Counted from the first letter of the stretch, positions 33,859-45,777 are shown. The stretch is DNA of 52,221 nt from an uncultured Candidatus Peribacteria bacterium (GCA_964344895.1 CAYFPB010000001.1:16069-68289); one strand, 5' to 3'. A program made the numbers and translations. The notes: generated from the letters alone by a model not told the origin.

Positions 33859-35133
33859 ATGGAAAATAAACAAAATTTGTTAAATAAAGAAAAAACAATA
33901 AAACAAAATCGTATTTGGGTACGTATAGCCAGTTCATGTAATAATAAATGTGTATTTTGTTTGGACTCAAATGCTCATGATGGTACATTTGTAAGTGAGG
34001 ATAAAGTAAAAAAACAAATAAAAGAATGATATAAAGCCTGATATGAAAATAGAGTAATTATATCTTGATGAGAAGCTTCTATAGATCCAAAGTTTGCAGA
34101 ATATATAAGTTATGCTAAAGAGTTAGGTTATGATAGAGTTCAAACAGTTACAAATGGTAATATGTTTGCTATTGAGTCTTTTTGTAAAAAAGTATTTGAT
34201 GCATGACTAGAGGAAGTAACATTTTCTTTTCATGGCCATACACCTAAACTTCATGATTATCTAGTAGATACTCCATGAGCATTTAAAAAATCATTAAAAT
34301 GATTAATTTATATAAAGAAAAATTATCCTAATGTGATAATAAATATAGATATAGTAGTAAATAAAATAAATGTTGCTTACTTACCTGATATTGTTAAGTT
34401 TTTTATGAAATTATGAGTGTATGAGTATGATATATTACAGATAATACCATTTTGAAGATGATTTCAAGAAAATAAGGAAAAATTATTTTATAATCTAGAA
34501 GAATATTCAGAAAAACTAACTCAAACATGGAAACTATCAAAAGTTCCAGGAATGTATATGTGGACAAATCGTTTTCCAGCTGAAGCCTTTGAATGATATG
34601 AAGATTTGATTCAAGATCCTAGAAAAATAAAATCAGAAGTATTTTGAGAATCAAAACATCAATTTGAACCATTTATTAAAACATGATGAAAACTAAAACC
34701 TGACTGTTATTGACAAGCTTGTGATGTTTGTTTTCTAAAACAATATTGTCATGACTTTATTAATAATAGTGAAACAAAAAAGATAAAAGAAAATGAGAAT
34801 AATTATATTCTTAGATGAGAAGAATTTCCAAGTGAAGTATATAAAAAATATTGAGAAAATTCTAAAGAATTTTTAGATTTTTTAAAAAATAAAGCGAAAG
34901 AAAAAGAGTTAATAAATGTAGCAAAATGTTTATGATGAACATGAGTATTTGAAACATATAATGATATAAAGGAAGAAAATACTCTAGAGGATTATACATT
35001 TAAATATATAAAAAATCTTTATAGAAAAAAATCACTTAGATGTAAAAACTGTAAGTACTATAAAGATTGTGAATGACTTCATATAAATTTTATTAGGAGT
35101 TATTGATTTAAAATTTTAAAACCAGTAGAATAA
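33859..35133 (+). CDS. Radical SAM protein
   Basis: 424 aa. Motifs are RIASSCNNKCVFCLD, ISGGEASIDP and FSFHGHTPKLHD. The C-terminal Cys-rich region reads CYGQACDVCFLKQYC ... CKNCKYYKDCEG. Confidence 0.75.
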
Positions 35134-36071
35134 TGGCAAATATATGATACATACAAGTAAATAGATACTGTAATAATCAGTGTCATTTTTGTAGTAATCC
35201 AAGTAACTGAAAAAATATAAGTTTTGAAAGGTGAATTGAACTACTAGATGATTTTAAAAAGAAAAATTATGCTTGAATAATTTTTACATGATGAGAACCT
35301 ACTTTATCACCAGATTTAGCTAAATGGATAGCATATTCTAAAAAATTGTGATTATGAAATAGAATAATATCAAATGGTATGAAATGTAGTGATTATGAAT
35401 ATACAAAAACTTTAAGAGACTCATGACTTGAGCTTGTTCATTTTTCTGTATATAGTTGTTATCCAAAAATTCATGATTTCTTAACAGATACACCTTGAAG
35501 TTGGGAAAAATTAATGAAGTCTATTTCAAATGCTTTGAAGCTTTGAATAAGGGTACAAATAAATACAGTACTTAATCATTATAATGAAAATCATCTTGAT
35601 AAAACTGTTAAATTTTTAACTAAATATTTTCCAGGTATAAGACATTTTATATGGAATAATCTTGATCCAGAGATGATGAGATCAACAAAAATAGCTAGAT
35701 CAACTTTACCTGATTATGATTGATTTAAAGATTCTTTGAATAGAGCAATGCAATATTTAGATTCAACTTGAAGGACTTTTAGAGCAGAAAAAATGCCTCT
35801 TTGTTATATTAGGTGATTTGAGTGGAGTTCAACTGAAACAAGAAAAATAGTAAAAGATGAAGAAAGAATAGTTCATTTTTTGGATTTTAGAGAAAAAATA
35901 CATGAAACAGATTTTGAGCATGAAAAGCTGCCTGAGTGTAGTAAGTGTGATTTAAATAGCATATGTTCTTGAATATATGAACATACAGAGTTTTATAGTT
36001 ATGTTAAAGCATATCCTCAAAAGTTATCTAAGGAGGAAAAACAAAAAATAATTGATAAAATAAAATTATAA
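35133..36071 (+). CDS. Radical SAM protein (same subfamily as 4040-4978 by eye)
   Basis: 312 aa. Motifs are VNRYCNNQCHFCSN and FTGGEPTLSPDLAKWIAYSKKLG (compare FTGGEPTLDNNLAFYIDYSKKLG at 4040), plus ECSKCDLNSICSG. The ATG overlaps the preceding TAA (taatg). Confidence 0.75.
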
Positions 36072-36090
36072 TTTTTATTTGTACTTATTT

Positions 36091-36131
36091 AAAAAATAAA
36101 TATATTATATAGTATAATATATTTATTTTTT
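36091..36131. other. 19-bp all-A/T perfect hairpin between an rSAM gene and the hxsD-like gene
   Basis: The arms aaaaaataaatatattata and tataatatatttatttttt were checked pair by pair and are separated by a 3-nt loop. The stem would be weak because it has no G/C pairs. Confidence 0.3.
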
Positions 36132-36145
36132 TACATTAAGACATA

Positions 36146-36742
36146 ATGGAACAATTTATAAAAAAAGAAGTAGGAGCAAATAATTTTGAACTACTTATTG
36201 ATACTAATCTTTTTACAAAAGAAATAGTATTTAAATCAGCTTTTATATTTCTAGAAAAATGATATTTTTTCTTTAAATTGGATGCTGATAACAATATTAT
36301 TATGCAATTTAGATTAAAAGAATGAGTAAAAGAAAATCCTGAAACTGTAATATGAGATTTTTCTGATGAGTTATTAAATAATACACTTAGAGAAAAGGTT
36401 TTTGAAGAGAATAAAGAAGTAAGGACTGAAATAATAACAAGTTCTTTAAAAAATAGTTTAAGAGAAGCTGAATTACCTAATAACTGGAAAGGTTATGAGT
36501 ATTCAGGTGATTCATATTTTGAAGAATGATGACATACAGATAATAATGAAGTAGTAGATTTTGATAAAGATATAGATGATATATTAAAAGAAATAGAAAA
36601 TGATCCTGAATTAAAGGTAGATGAAGAAGAAATAGATAAGATTTTAAAGGAGATTGAAGAAGAAGAAAAAAATGAAAATACTTGAGTTAGTTTAGATGTA
36701 GATGCTGTAGAAAAAGTAAAAAAAGATTTTAATAACAAATAA
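36146..36742 (+). CDS. hxsD: HxsD-like protein with acidic C-terminal tail, paralog of 1405-1947
   Basis: 198 aa, frame hand-checked. Contains FELLIDTNLFTKEIVFKSAFIFLEKGYFFFKL ... DFSDELLNNTLREKVFEENKEVRTEII, where LLNNTLRE compares with the LLNDYxLRE model name. The tail reads DFDKDIDDILKEIENDPELKVDEEEIDKILKEIEEEE. Confidence 0.6.
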
Positions 36743-36776
36743 AAATATCCTAGTTACTAGGATATTTTTATTTGTT
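36734..36776. terminator. 20-bp-stem palindrome spanning both stop codons of convergent genes
   Basis: The sequence is taacaaataaaaatatcctag tta ctaggatatttttatttgtta, with pairs checked out to 36734/36776. Both convergent ORFs end ...aac aaa taa (N-K-stop) inside the two arms. Confidence 0.6.
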
Positions 36777-39700
36777 AAAGAATGGTGGAGTTATAGTTTT
36801 TATTAATGGGTTATATTCTATAACTATATTGTAAATATAATATGAATCAGAAGTAGGATTATCTATAGTTCAAGGATCAGTTATGTATCTAGCATATTTA
36901 GAGTCACTATTACATATAATTTGATTAGTTGCATTCTCTCTACAAGTTCATCATCAAATTACTTTTCAAGTTAAATTAGGTAATCATGATTTAATAAAAT
37001 ATCTTCTTAGATAATTTAGATCATATTTTTGGGCTATTTTTGGATCACTACAATCAGTTACATAATAAGGACATTCTACAGTATTTTTCTTAGATCCTCA
37101 TAGTGTATTAAATGAGAATACAGATCAATATATATGTAATTGATTAGTAAATTTTGTTATACTACTATATCAATCTAGTTCATTATTTCAATCATATGCT
37201 ATCAATGATTTTTCTACAAAAATATTTCATACCAAATTTGTAATACTTGGATCTATATAAAGGTTTCATCAATTACCATTTTCATCTTTTAGCACTACTA
37301 TTCAAAGAATATCATTACTTTTATTATTATAATACATATCTTTTGTAATATATAAGTTTCCTCCTTCTACAATAATTGTTTTTTGTCATTTTATTAATAT
37401 ATCATCAACACTTCATAATTCTACATCTTTTCATTTATAATATACTACATTATTATTATTAAATAAATAAGCTTGTCATGTATTAAATTCAAATCAAGTT
37501 TTGTTTTTTATATCAGTAGTATTGGTTGTTGAATTTAAAGTAGTTGTATTTATATTATTATATATATTTTTTTTCAAATCTTTAATAATACTTGATTTGT
37601 TTATTATTCAGCTAATACTATTTATATCTCAATCAGAATTATTACTACTTATAAATTTAACTCATTCTTGAGAATATGTTGCTCATGATATTTTTAATGA
37701 CATATGTGAAAAATCAGAGGTATAAGTTGAATCATGATAATTAGCTTTTCATATTATATCTTGATTAATAATAACTCTTTTTCATAAAATATAGTAAGAA
37801 AGGTGAGAGGAAAGATAGACTTCTTCTAAATCATCTATATATGCTCATGGACTTATCTCAAGATTTGTAAAAATATTTTTATTAATATCACTACTTGTCT
37901 TTCCTAAATTTGTAATAGAATTAATATCATCATTAGTTCAATTATTTTTTACAAAATCTTGATTTGTAGAATTATCTATAGTACTATATTTTAAATTTAA
38001 TTTTTCTAAACTTTCTTGTTCTCATCAAAATTCTAAATAAATCTGTGTTTGAGTTGATGTAGTTTTATTTTGCTTGATATTTAAAGAAGAGTCTTGTTTT
38101 ATTCACTCAATGATTCAAGAATCTTCCAAACTTCAAGCTATATCTAACTTATATAGTGGTTTGAATTGAAAATCAATTTTATTATTATTTAAAGTTAAAA
38201 TTTTTTTCCCTGTAATGTCTGATAATCAGACCTCTATATTATTAATATCAAAATTTCCATCTACATATTCTCTTCCATCACTTGCTCAAGCTTCATATGT
38301 TGGTGCATATATTTTAAATTTTGCTGTATATTTTCAATTAGTATTACCAATATTAATTGTTTTATTAGATTTTATATGAGTTCAAATTTGTTCAGTATAA
38401 TCAAGTGACTTATCAATTAAATAATCATCTATTAGACTAGTTAATAAAATACCACTAGATCATTCATTAGTATATTGATTTAGATATAAATCATTATTAT
38501 ATCTATAATCTAAAGTAATTTCTCTAAGAACTGTATAATCAGATCTTAAAACTGGAATTACTGCATTTCAATATTTATCTTTTAAGGTAATTTTTAATTT
38601 TTTTTCTGTTCAATCAGCTACAGAATTAGGATTTGTTAAGTCATCTGAATCAATTGTAGATTCAATATTATTACCACTTGCATAAACATGATATGTAAAC
38701 TCAGCAATATTATTTGTACAGTTATCAGCTTCATCACATACTTTTGTTATTTTATATGTATAGTCTCTGTAGTTATTATTATGTCTATCATCTACACCAT
38801 CAACTATACTTATATCAAAATTACTTGTTAATTTTTCATTACTTGAAGTATGTGGATTAAAACTTGTTTTATCAGTTGTTTTTTCAAATTCAGATCTTAT
38901 TTCAATTATAGGAGATCAATTGTTCTGGCGTACACCAATAGAGAAATCTTCTTGATTATATGCATGTATATAATCATCATTTTTACTTACTCAAGTTCAA
39001 TAAATATCATTAACATTAGGTGGTGTTTTATCAATTTTTACAATTGAAACATCAGAGTAAACATATCAGTTTCAAGCTCTATCTTTTGCTCTAAAACAAA
39101 TATAATAAGTTCAGTTGGTATCAAAAGTTTTAGATGTTCAATTAGTCCAATCTCAAGAACTATCACAATTAAAATTACTACTTTCAACTCTATACTTTTT
39201 AGAAGTACATCATGAGTCAGAGTCACTACAGTTAATAGAAACAGTTACATTATTTTTTGTCCAAATATCATGTTTTAAATTAGTATAGCTTACAGTTGGA
39301 TTAGTTTTATCAATTTTTACAATTGAAACATCAGAGTAAACATATCAGTTTCAAGCTCTATCTTTTGCTCTAAAACAAATATAATAAGTTCAGTTGGTAT
39401 CAAAAGTTTTAGATGTTCAATTAGTCCAATCTCAAGAACTATCACAATTAAAATTACTACTTTCAACTCTATACTTTTTAGAAGTACATCATGAGTCAGA
39501 GTCACTACAGTTAATAGAAACAGTTACTTCATCTTTTGTCCAAGTATCATGTTTTGAATTAATATAATCTACGGTAGGAGGAGTTGTGTCTATATTAGTA
39601 ACACTATAGTTAATAGGAGTTTGGTTTCAAGCAGTATCTTTTAGAGTGATAATTCAAGATTCATTTACAGAAACAGTTTTATAATATGTGTAGTTACCAC

Positions 39701-40370
39701 TTGTAGTAGTAGTAGACCAACCAGGAATATTGTACATATTACAGTTACTTCTTCATGAATCTTCACATTTGATAGTAATATCTACAGTACCATTAGTCCA
39801 ATTAGTATTTGAGTAAGTTACAGTTCAAGTAGGAGCTATTTTGTCAATAAAATTAACATTGTAATCAATAACACTTATATTTCAAGCACCATCTTTTAGA
39901 GCAATACTAGAATCTTCATTGCTAGATAAAGTTTTTGAGTAACTATTACCTGAAATAGTCCAGTTAGCCATATTATACATAAGACAATTACTACCTCAAT
40001 TATCTGAACAAGTAATAGTAACAGTAACATCTTGATTAGTCCAGTTAGTTGTAGAATAGCTTACAGCTCAAGTAGGAGCTGATGCATCCCATGATTGACA
40101 AGAAGTTGTTCAAGAAGGAGTTGCATTATTATTAATAGTAACTCTTCACTTTACTTCACCAGAACTACCATTATCATATTCATTATCTCATCTACATAGA
40201 GTAGTTTTTGGTGAAGAAGAAGTACAGTAACTACCACTTGTACCACAATCTGATCAATTTGTTGATTCAGTCCAAGAGTTATTTATATCTGTATACCGAG
40301 CAGCATTTGCACTACAAACAGATATTAGGAAGAAAATAATTGAAATTAAAATTCTTTTTGTTGTGTTCAT
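36768..40370 (-). CDS. Large secreted surface protein (1200 aa) with N-terminal Ig-like repeats
   Basis: All 1201 codons were hand-checked, and no tta/cta occurs in frame on the plus strand except the terminal 36768-36770. The N-terminus MNTTKRILISIIFFLISVCSANA is signal-like. Repeats are of the type SYSTTNWTNQDVTVTITCSDNGGSNC, the same type as in gene 1-1272. The C-terminal ~800 aa are unassigned. Confidence 0.8.
39025..39527 (-). repeat. Tandem duplication with 279-bp period and a 224-bp block of perfect identity inside the surface-protein gene
   Basis: 39025-39248 equals 39304-39527 base for base, and flanking bases differ at both ends. The track shows two identical 62-aa out-of-frame ORFs at 39038-39226 and 39317-39505. 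Each unit encodes one Ig-like repeat: KHD.WTK..VTVSINCSDSDSGCTSKKYRVESSNFNCDSSGDWTNGTSKTFDTNGTYYICFRAKDRAGN. Confidence 0.9.
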
Positions 40371-40512
40371 ATTTTCATATTTAAATATAATATATATTAA
40401 TTTAATCATATTTTTTAAATAAATGCAAAAATAGCTTAATTTTTATTTGTTTATAATGAAAAAATGATTATATTATATTAGAAAAATTTATATATTTTTA
40501 AGTAACGAATTA

Positions 40513-40695
40513 TGAAAAAAAATTTTGAATTATCTTCTGAACTTTATAGTAAGGGGAATGTAATGAAAGCTATTGAAGATTTTAAAGATATTGCAACTAT
40601 AGAATTTGATAATTATAAATTAATTATTAGTTGAGAAGATGATGATGATATTGAGGAAACTTTTGCTGAATTATTAAACTATATTATTTCTTTAG
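40513..40695 (+). CDS. Small acidic protein (60 aa), paralog of 1951-2157
   Basis: Sequence is MKKNFELSSELYSKGNVMKAIEDFKDIATIEFDNYKLIISGEDDDDIEETFAELLNILFL, read codon by codon. It lies immediately 5' of the second HxsB-like gene. Confidence 0.5.
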
Positions 40696-40706
40696 AGTGT
40701 TAAAAA

Positions 40707-42212
40707 ATGACTAATTTACTATCAAAACAAATAATTGAAAAATTAGATACAAAAAAACTATGATTTTTTAGATTTAAAAAGCTAGATAATGATACTATGC
40801 TTATCACAAACGATATATGAGCATTTAGTTATCTAACAAATATAGAATTTAAAGATTTTATAACATGAGGTTCTAATTTAACAGAAGAGAAAACAAAAGA
40901 GTTAAACTTTAAAAAGTTTTTTAAAGATACTTCTTATTATGAATCAGATTTTAAATATGAGTATGGTACAAAAAATAATTTTTTAGCATTTTGACCAATA
41001 CTTCATATTTTGATTGTTACACTTAGATGTAATCATAAATGTAAATATTGTCATGCTGCTGCTGCTCCTATGACAGCTAAACAGTTTGATATGACTACTG
41101 ATTTAGCACAAAAAACAATAGATACTATGTTTTATTCTACATCACCAGAAATAACTATTGAGTTTCAGTGATGAGAGCCTTTAGTTAATTGGAATGTAGT
41201 TAAATATAGTATTGAATATGCTAAGAAAAAAAGTAAGGAGTTATGAAAAAAAGTAAATTTTTGTATAGTTACAAACATGAGTTTGATGACAGAAGAGATA
41301 ATGGATTATTTAATAGAAAACAAAGTAGATATATCAACAAGCTTTGACTGACCAGAGGAAGTACATAATTATAATAGGACTTTTATAGAAGGTAACTCAT
41401 ATGAAAATGTTGTAAGATGGATAAATAAAATAAATAAAGCTTATAGTGATAGAGAAATTTGAATTAACAAGAAAATATGAGCAATGATTACTGTTACAAA
41501 AAAGACTTTAGCAAAGTATAAACAAGTAATTGATACTTATATAGAAAATTGAATGGATGGAATATTTATTAGACCTTTAAATCCATACTGATTTGCTGCT
41601 TCAGAGTTAAAAGAATTGTGATATTCTACAAGTGAATTTCTAGATTATTATAAGAAATCTTTAGATTATTTAATAGAAATAAATAAATCAGGAAAGCTCA
41701 TAAGAGAACACTTTTCAAGTATATATCTCTCAAAAATCTTAAATGCAAGAGATCCAAACTTTTTAGATGATAGATCTCCATGTTGAGCAAGTATTTGACA
41801 AGTTGCATATAATTATGATTGAAAAATATATAGTTGTGATGAGGGAAGAATGCTATGAAGAATGTGAATTGATGATTTTCAAATTTGAGAAGTATGAGAT
41901 AACCCAGAATATGCTTATGAAAATATGATAAAGTCAAATAGTACAAATGTAATGGTACAGTCATCGACTCTTGATGGAATGCCATGATATACTGATAGTG
42001 TATATAAGCCATACATTTGAGTTTGTCCTATACATAATTATAAAGAGAGATGATCTGTTTATCCAAATTACTCTCTTGATCCTAAAAAACAAATATCGTA
42101 TTGAGTAATTGATTACTTATTTCAAAAAATGAAGGATCCAGAAGTAAAAAGTATATTTAAACAGTGGGTAAGAGAGTCTGATAGAGCGGTAGGTAAATGT
42201 GATGTTTTATAG
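40707..42212 (+). CDS. hxsB: Radical SAM/SPASM-type maturase, HxsB-like, copy 2
   Basis: 501 aa, every codon hand-checked. Motifs are GFFRFKKLDNDTMLITNDIG, CNHKCKYCHA, FQGGEPLVNW and SPCGASIGQVAYNYDGKIYSCDEGR ... YIGVCPIH. It is collinear with 2161-3639. Confidence 0.7.
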
Positions 42213-42259
42213 TGGGAGGACTATAGTTGTTATTATTTTTATTTACTAAATATATTATT

Positions 42260-43207
42260 ATGAAAAAAATCGTATTATTAACATTTTGTTGTTTATTAGT
42301 AGTTTCTTGTTGAAAAACTGAAACAAATATAGAGAAAACTGAAAATAATAAATCTCAAACAACAAATATTGTAGAAAAAGAAGAAAAAACTTTAACTGAA
42401 AAACCAGTTGAAATATCAAAAGTTACAAAAAACTGGGTAGATATGTTTTATACTTCTGAATATCAAAAACTAATAGATAATTCAAAGAAAGTACCAGAAG
42501 AAGATTTAACTTCAAAAGATTTATTATTTATTTGAGAATCTTATAAGTTTTTATGAAACTTTAAACAAGCAATAGTTTATTATAAGAAAGTATTAGAAAA
42601 AGAGCCAGAAAATACAAGAGCTATTTATAATATAGCTTCAATTAATTATGATACTTTTAGAAATTTTGAGGAATGATTAAAATATATGTTAAAGTATGAT
42701 AAACTACGCCCAAATAATTTTACTACTTTAAGTAAAATATGAAGAATATATTCTGATATGAAAAATTTTAAACAAGCAGAAGTATATTTTAAAAGATCAC
42801 TTGAGATTCAACAAAATCAAGCAATATTAAAACAACTTGCTATGTTATATAGTTTTAATTGAGAGTACTTAAAATCTATTACTTATTATGAAAAAATGAA
42901 TAATTTATCATGAAATGATTTTATGAACTATATAATAACTTTATTTTTGGATAAGCAATATACTAAATTAGTATCAGAGTATGATAAATATAAGAAAGAA
43001 TGATTATTAAATAATACTAGAATTGATAGAAATATTGCAAGGTATTATGTATATTCAAGTGTAATATTATGAAATAAGCAAGAAGCTATAAATTTACTTA
43101 AAGAATTACAAAAAAATAATCCATCAGATCCAAATATATTAATGGATTTATATATGTTGGATTCAGCTAATAAAAATACATATTTAAATAAATTAAAAGA
43201 AAAATAA
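42260..43207 (+). CDS. Lipoprotein with TPR-like repeats
   Basis: 315 aa. MKKIVLLTFCCLLVVSCG is lipobox-like. TPR-like helices include FKQAIVYYKKVLEKEPENTRAIYNIASINY and FKQAEVYFKRSLEIQQNQ. Confidence 0.6.
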
Positions 43208-44229
43208 TGATTTTAGTTATACAATGGCATATAACAGAATTATGTAATTGGAGATGTAAACATTGTTATCATGATAAATACTTAGAATATTGACCAAGCT
43301 TAGAGCAATTAAAAGATATTTACAAACAAATAACAACAATTCAAAATTCTTATTTTTGAAAGATAGATACTTTTGTTATCAATTTTATATGATGAGAACC
43401 TTTTATAAGGAATGATTTTTTAGATTTATTAGAGTATATTAATAATAATACAAAGTATTTACAAATATGAATTTTAACAAATGGTTCACTTTTAACAAAA
43501 GAAATTTTAGATAAATTAAAGACTTTTTCAAATTTGAATATATGGTTTCAAATAAGTATAGAATGAACTCAAGAGGTAAATGATAATATTAGATGAAAAG
43601 GTAGTTTTAAAAAAATTTTTGATTCTATAAAACTTATTAAGGATAATGATTTTTATGTAGAACTTTCTTTAACATTAACTAATAATAATAAAAAGCATAT
43701 AATTGCTTTAATGCCTTTTTTAAAAAAAAGTGATGTATTATTAAAAATAAGAAGGCTTGTTGCTATGGGGCAATCTGATAACTCAAAACAACTAATTTTA
43801 GATAAAAAGGAAATGTATGCTTTATCTAAAAAATTAACAATATTATCAAATAGGTATTTTAAGTGAGTAAAAAATGCTAGAATATCTTTTGATGGATGTT
43901 CTGAAATGCTTTCCTATAACTACAATTGAATATGATGTTGAATAAATGATCATAGAATATTAATTATTTTAGAAAATCTAGATGTAATGGCATGTAGAAA
44001 ATTAGATGTAGTTTTATGAAACCTAAAAGATAAAAAGTTAAAAGATTTATACTTTGATAATAAATATATTGATTTAATCAATTCTTATAAAAATATTAAA
44101 GAATGTAGAGATTGTAGTATATATAATAAATGTAAGTGATGAGCTAAATGTATTACTCATTCACTAACAAGAGATATTTATAAACCAGATCCAGGCTGTA
44201 TAATTATAGATAAAATAAATAAAAAATAA
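43207..44229 (+). CDS. Radical SAM/SPASM-type protein
   Basis: 340 aa, every codon hand-checked. Motifs are ITELCNWRCKHCYH and FIGGEPF (tga tga gaa cct at 43390-43401). The C-terminus reads DGCSEM ... GCGIND ... CRDCSIYNKCKGGAKC. The ATG overlaps the preceding TAA. Confidence 0.75.
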
Positions 44230-44231
44230 AT

Positions 44232-45050
44232 ATGGATAATTGATTATATATTAAAAAAATAATAGAACATAAAGAGATTATTTCTTTAAAAGAGCAAATT
44301 TGTAGTCATGAAGTTTTTAAAAATATTAAAACACAAGGAGACTTAAATGTATATATGGAACATCATGTTTTTCAAGTATGGGATTTTATGATTATATTAA
44401 AATCTATTCAATTTTGAATGAATAATATTTTTAAACAATGATATAATAATTTTACTTGTTGGCATCCAAGAGTTCCAGGCCAATATACAAGATTAATAAA
44501 TGAAATATGCTTAGATGAAGAAACTGATGGTGAATTAAATAATTTATCACACTTTGAATATTATGTAAAAGCTATGAAACAATCAAGAGCTGATGCTTTT
44601 TTGGTAGAAAAAACTCTATCATATATAAAATATCACTATGAAGATGATCAAGAATTATCATGATTGGAGTATTTTCCTTCAAAATGAGTAGAAAATCATT
44701 TTAGATATATGAGAAAAATAGCTAATATTACATCAGACCCTGAGAAGTCTATATATAGACCATTATCTAGTTTTACAATATGTAGAGAAGGCTTGATTCC
44801 AGAATTTTTTTCTTCAATTGTAAAAAATATACAAAATGATTTTTGAGGTACAAATGAGTATTTAATAAAATATTTAGATAGACATATTGAGCTTGATGGG
44901 GAAGAACATTATATTAAATGAAATGAGTTATTATGATATTATATTGATTTTAGTAATGTTGATGATGCAATTGAAGTTATTATTAAAAGTCTTGAATTAA
45001 GACTACAAGTATTAAATGAGGTTAATGAAAAAATATTATCAAATAAATAA
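44232..45050 (+). CDS. DUF3050-like protein (heme-oxygenase-like fold family)
   Basis: 272 aa. HEVFKNIKTQGDLNVYMEHHVFQVWDFMIILKSIQ ... RLINEICLDEETDG ... SHFEYYVKAM matches the DUF3050 pattern I recall (FMEHHVFAVWDFMSLLK ... INEIVL.EE.D ... SHFE.Y..AM). Confidence 0.6.
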
Positions 45051-45057
45051 TTAAGAT

Positions 45058-45768
45058 ATGGAAAAAAAAATATGAGTAATAGATTCAAAAAAAATTAATG
45101 AAGTAATAGAATCAGAAAATATTGATAAATTTAAAGATTTTATTAATAGTTTAACATCTCTAAATGTTTATACTACAAATGGTGCTACTTTGTTAATTCA
45201 TATTATTATTAAATGAAATATAGAACAATTAAAATATTTAATAGAAAAATGAATAGATTTAGATTTTGCTAATGAATCAAATAAGATTCCAATAAATATT
45301 GCAATTCATTTTAATAATAAGGAAGTTGTTAAAATATTGTTAGATAATAATGTTAAGTTAGATAGTGTAGATCATTTTTGATTTACAGCTTTGGATTGAG
45401 CAATAAATATGTGAAATAATGAAATAATTAGTATGATATGTGAAAAACAAAAGCTTAATTCAAAAGATATTGATGAAAAAAATATAATAAATAAGTTAAA
45501 TGCAGCAATAAATACTGATAATGTACCTTTAGTTGAAGAATTATTAAAAAAATGTAGTAATATTGATTCAAAAACTAATTCTTGATATACATTATTAAGA
45601 CATGCAATATATAAGGATAATTTTGAGATAATAAAAATGCTTGTTGAGGCATGAGCTGATTTAAATAAAAAGGATGAAAAAGGTAATACATACTTGTATT
45701 ATGCTAGATGAAAATGAAATATGGAAGTAATAAAATATTTAAGAGAAAAGTGAGCTTTTTATATATAA
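45058..45768 (+). CDS. Ankyrin-repeat protein
   Basis: 236 aa. Repeats are of the type NGATLLIHIIIKGNIEQLKYLIEKGIDLDFANE, GFTALDGAINMGNNEIISMI and SGYTLLRHAIYKDNFEIIKMLVEAGADLNKKDEKGNTYLYYA. Confidence 0.7.
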
Positions 45769-45777
45769 TAAAAAAAA

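Noticed and set aside
36091-36131. 19-bp A/T-only hairpin as a confident intrinsic terminator splitting the 33859-36742 block
   Set aside because: The stem has no G/C pair, so it is thermodynamically weak. The downstream hxsD-like gene has no obvious separate promoter. It is kept only as a low-confidence structural feature.
39038-39505. Two identical 62-aa minus-strand ORFs in the track (39038-39226 and 39317-39505), which could be read as a duplicated small gene or toxin-like pair
   Set aside because: Both are frame-shifted relative to the hand-verified 1200-aa ORF 36768-40370. Their identity only reflects the 224-bp perfect tandem duplication in that gene.
41698-42012. Antisense track ORFs (for example 41698-42012, 36493-36738, 1586-1927, 51820-52032, 13099-13353)
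   Set aside because: Each lies opposite a table-25 ORF with strong conserved motifs (HxsB-like, HxsD-like, HxsA-like, carbamoyltransferase). Their own low-complexity Leu/Phe/Ile/Ser-rich sequences are typical of antisense reading of AT-rich coding DNA.
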